A stretch of 63,961 nt of DNA, filler included. It is 3 parts of 3 records of this genome, joined end to end, with 100 filler letters (N's around TTAATTAATTAA, not from the genome) between each part and the next. Parts side by side here need not be neighbours in the genome. Positions count along the whole stretch, not along the records: positions 42,379 to 63,961 come from SRR20825019_1821; 2 more parts are not named here. One strand, given 5' to 3'. Of this stretch, positions 62,060 to 63,961 are shown piece after piece. Numbering within the stretch: the first letter of the stretch is position 1; each line of letters starts with the position of its first letter. The notes under the pieces were generated by a model, which ran no database searches, was not told where the DNA came from, and saw only the letters and a program-made list of their open reading frames with translations. A program made the translations under genes and the position numbers.

Positions 62060-62521
62060 ATGTCGATTTCGGAAAAGTTCAGCAATTTTCAGGCGAGCAA
62101 GGTGGTGTTGTTCTGGTCCTGCGCGGCCTGCGTGGTGGCCACCATGGTGGTGGGTTTCACCTGGGGTGGCTGGGTCACCGGCGGTTCGGCTCAGGAGCGG
62201 GCTGAGGCCGCGTCCGAGCAGGCGGTAGCGCAATTGGCGGCGGAAATCTGTGTCAACCGCTATCTGGCTGCGCCCGACGCCCGCGCCAGCCTGGTGGCGC
62301 TGACCGAGGAAAGCAGCTTCCGGCGCGATGGCGTGCTTGAGGATGGCGGCTGGGTCACCTTTGCCGGTCGCGAAGACCCGATCAATGGGGCTGCGGAGAT
62401 CTGCGCCGACAGGCTGGCGGAGGTCGACATCACGACGCTGCCCGAAGCCGCACCGATGGCGGAAGCGGCTCCGGTGGCGGAGGCCACACCGGCCAATGAA
62501 GGCGAATCCAGCGTCCAATAG
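62060..62521 (+). CDS. Conserved-looking membrane-anchored hypothetical protein
   Basis: RBS GGAG; a TM segment followed by GFTWGGWVTGG; two Cys; an Ala/Pro/Glu-rich tail. Confidence 0.8.
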   Translation: MSISEKFSNFQASKVVLFWSCAACVVATMVVGFTWGGWVTGGSAQERAEAASEQAVAQLAAEICVNRYLAAPDARASLVALTEESSFRRDGVLEDGGWVTFAGREDPINGAAEICADRLAEVDITTLPEAAPMAEAAPVAEATPANEGESSVQ

Positions 62522-62547
62522 GCAGTTAGTGCCGGCGGGCCTGAGGT

Positions 62548-63372
62548 TTATCCTCTTGCCCGCCTCAGCCCGCCGGCCAGCTCGGCCACCAGGTCCCGCA
62601 CGGCGCCGACGGTCTTCTCCGTCGCCTTGCCATCCTCAAGCGAGGTGGCCACGGCATTGACCAGCACCGTGCCCACGGCAATGCCGTCGGCGTGCTTGCC
62701 GATTTCGGCGGCGTCCTCGGCCGTCTTGATGCCAAATCCGACAATCACCGGCAATTCGGTATGCGCCTTGATGCGCTGCACCGCCTCGCCCACCGCGCCG
62801 CGCGACTTGATGGCGCCCCCGGTAATGCCGGTCATCGAAACGTAATAGACAAAGCCCGACGTATTGGCCAACACCGTCGGCAGGCGCTTGTCGTCTGTGG
62901 TCGGGGTGGTCAGGCGAATGAAATTGAGCCCGGCCTCCAGCGCCGGAATGCAAAGCTCGTCATCTTCCTCGGCCGGCAGATCGACAATGATCAGCCCGTC
63001 GATCCCCGCCTGCTTGGCGGCAGCAATGAAGCGTTCCACGCCGAAAATATAGATGGGGTTGTAATAACCCATCAGAACAATCGGCGTCGTGTCGTCCTGG
63101 CGGCGGAATTCCTCGACCATGCCGAGCACACCCAGCAGGGTCTGCCCGGCCTTCAGCGCCCGCTGCGCGCCCATCTGAATTGCCACGCCATCGGCCATCG
63201 GGTCGGAAAAGGGCAGGCCCAGCTCGATGATATCGGCGCCGGCCTGGGGCAGGGCGTTCAGAATGGCCTGGCTGGTGGCCAGATCCGGGTCCCCGCTCAT
63301 CACATAGGCGGCCAGGGCCGGACGGTTCTGCGCCTTGAGTTCGGCAAAGCGCCGGTCGATGCGAGTGTTCAT
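62548..63372 (-). CDS. trpA: Tryptophan synthase alpha subunit
   Basis: [34 protein letters not shown] and VGFGI; TAATG overlap with trpB. Confidence 0.96.
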   Translation of the reverse strand: MNTRIDRRFAELKAQNRPALAAYVMSGDPDLATSQAILNALPQAGADIIELGLPFSDPMADGVAIQMGAQRALKAGQTLLGVLGMVEEFRRQDDTTPIVLMGYYNPIYIFGVERFIAAAKQAGIDGLIIVDLPAEEDDELCIPALEAGLNFIRLTTPTTDDKRLPTVLANTSGFVYYVSMTGITGGAIKSRGAVGEAVQRIKAHTELPVIVGFGIKTAEDAAEIGKHADGIAVGTVLVNAVATSLEDGKATEKTVGAVRDLVAELAGGLRRARG

Positions 63373-63961
63373 TATTTCAGCAGCCCCAGATATTTGCCGA
63401 CGCTTTCCACGTCCTTGTCGCCGCGGCCCGAAAGGCACAGCACCACCGACTGGTCCTTGCCCATGGTGGGAGCAAGCTTCATCACCTGGGCCAGGCCATG
63501 CGCGCTTTCAAGCGCCGGGATGATGCCTTCCATCCTGGTGCAGAGCTGGAAGGCCTCGAGCGCCTCATTGTCGGTTATCGGCGCATAGGTGACGCGCTTG
63601 GTATCGTGCAGAAACGAGTGCTCGGGACCGACACCGGGATAATCGAGCCCGGCCGAAATCGAATGGCCCTCAAGTATCTGTCCGTCGCCATCCTGCAGCA
63701 GATAGGTGCGATTGCCATGCAGCACGCCGGGGCGGCCGCCGGTCATTGAGGCGGCGTGGCCGTTCTCGGTCTCAGTGCCGTGCCCGCCCGCCTCGGCGCC
63801 ATAAATGGCGACGTCCGGTTCGTCGAGAAAGGCGTGGAACGTGCCAATGGCATTCGAACCCCCGCCCACACAGGCCACCACGGCGTCGGGCAGCTTGCCC
63901 TCGGCCTCGCGGAACTGTTCCTTGAGTTCGGTGCCGATCACCGACTGGAAGTCCCGCACCA
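63372..63961 (-). CDS. trpB: Tryptophan synthase beta subunit (3' part, truncated by the window edge)
   Basis: [33 protein letters not shown] and LSGRGDKD. Confidence 0.96.
   Translation of the reverse strand, partial: VRDFQSVIGTELKEQFREAEGKLPDAVVACVGGGSNAIGTFHAFLDEPDVAIYGAEAGGHGTETENGHAASMTGGRPGVLHGNRTYLLQDGDGQILEGHSISAGLDYPGVGPEHSFLHDTKRVTYAPITDNEALEAFQLCTRMEGIIPALESAHGLAQVMKLAPTMGKDQSVVLCLSGRGDKDVESVGKYLGLLK

Overview
The window is not one genomic locus. It is three contigs joined by two identical 100-bp artificial spacers (N44-TTAATTAATTAA-N44 at 16190-16289 and 42279-42378). Contigs 1 (1-16189) and 2 (16290-42278) look like one compact-genome flagellated microbial eukaryote. It uses the standard genetic code, has short GT-AG introns (~47-71 nt), convergent genes ending 18-66 bp apart, and very GC-rich islands at gene 5' ends. 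Its genes include a chitin-synthase-like C-terminus, a DUF6259-like secreted glycoside hydrolase, a CaMK, TTLL9, a Nudix hydrolase, IQ- and Sfi1-repeat proteins, a gamma-butyrobetaine dioxygenase-like enzyme, pentafunctional AROM, PurF, importin-4, a START-domain protein and several orphans. Contig 3 (42379-63961) is a high-GC alphaproteobacterium, probably Devosia-like, carrying mostly housekeeping genes: padR-like, NDUFA9-like SDR, tRNA-Leu, lnt, tsaB-rimI-fur-plsC, pncB, GH3, trxA-addA-addB-murU, accD and trpA-trpB. No CRISPR, prophage or transposase is evident. The best leads are (i) a divergent pair of secreted orphan proteins, one with three Cys-rich modules, (ii) a QRRRW glycosyltransferase tail without TM helices next to a bacterial-type hydrolase, (iii) a recurring promoter grammar in the eukaryote, and (iv) a GH3 with a glycoside-phosphorylase-type signature. 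All exon models were built by eye and no database searches were run.
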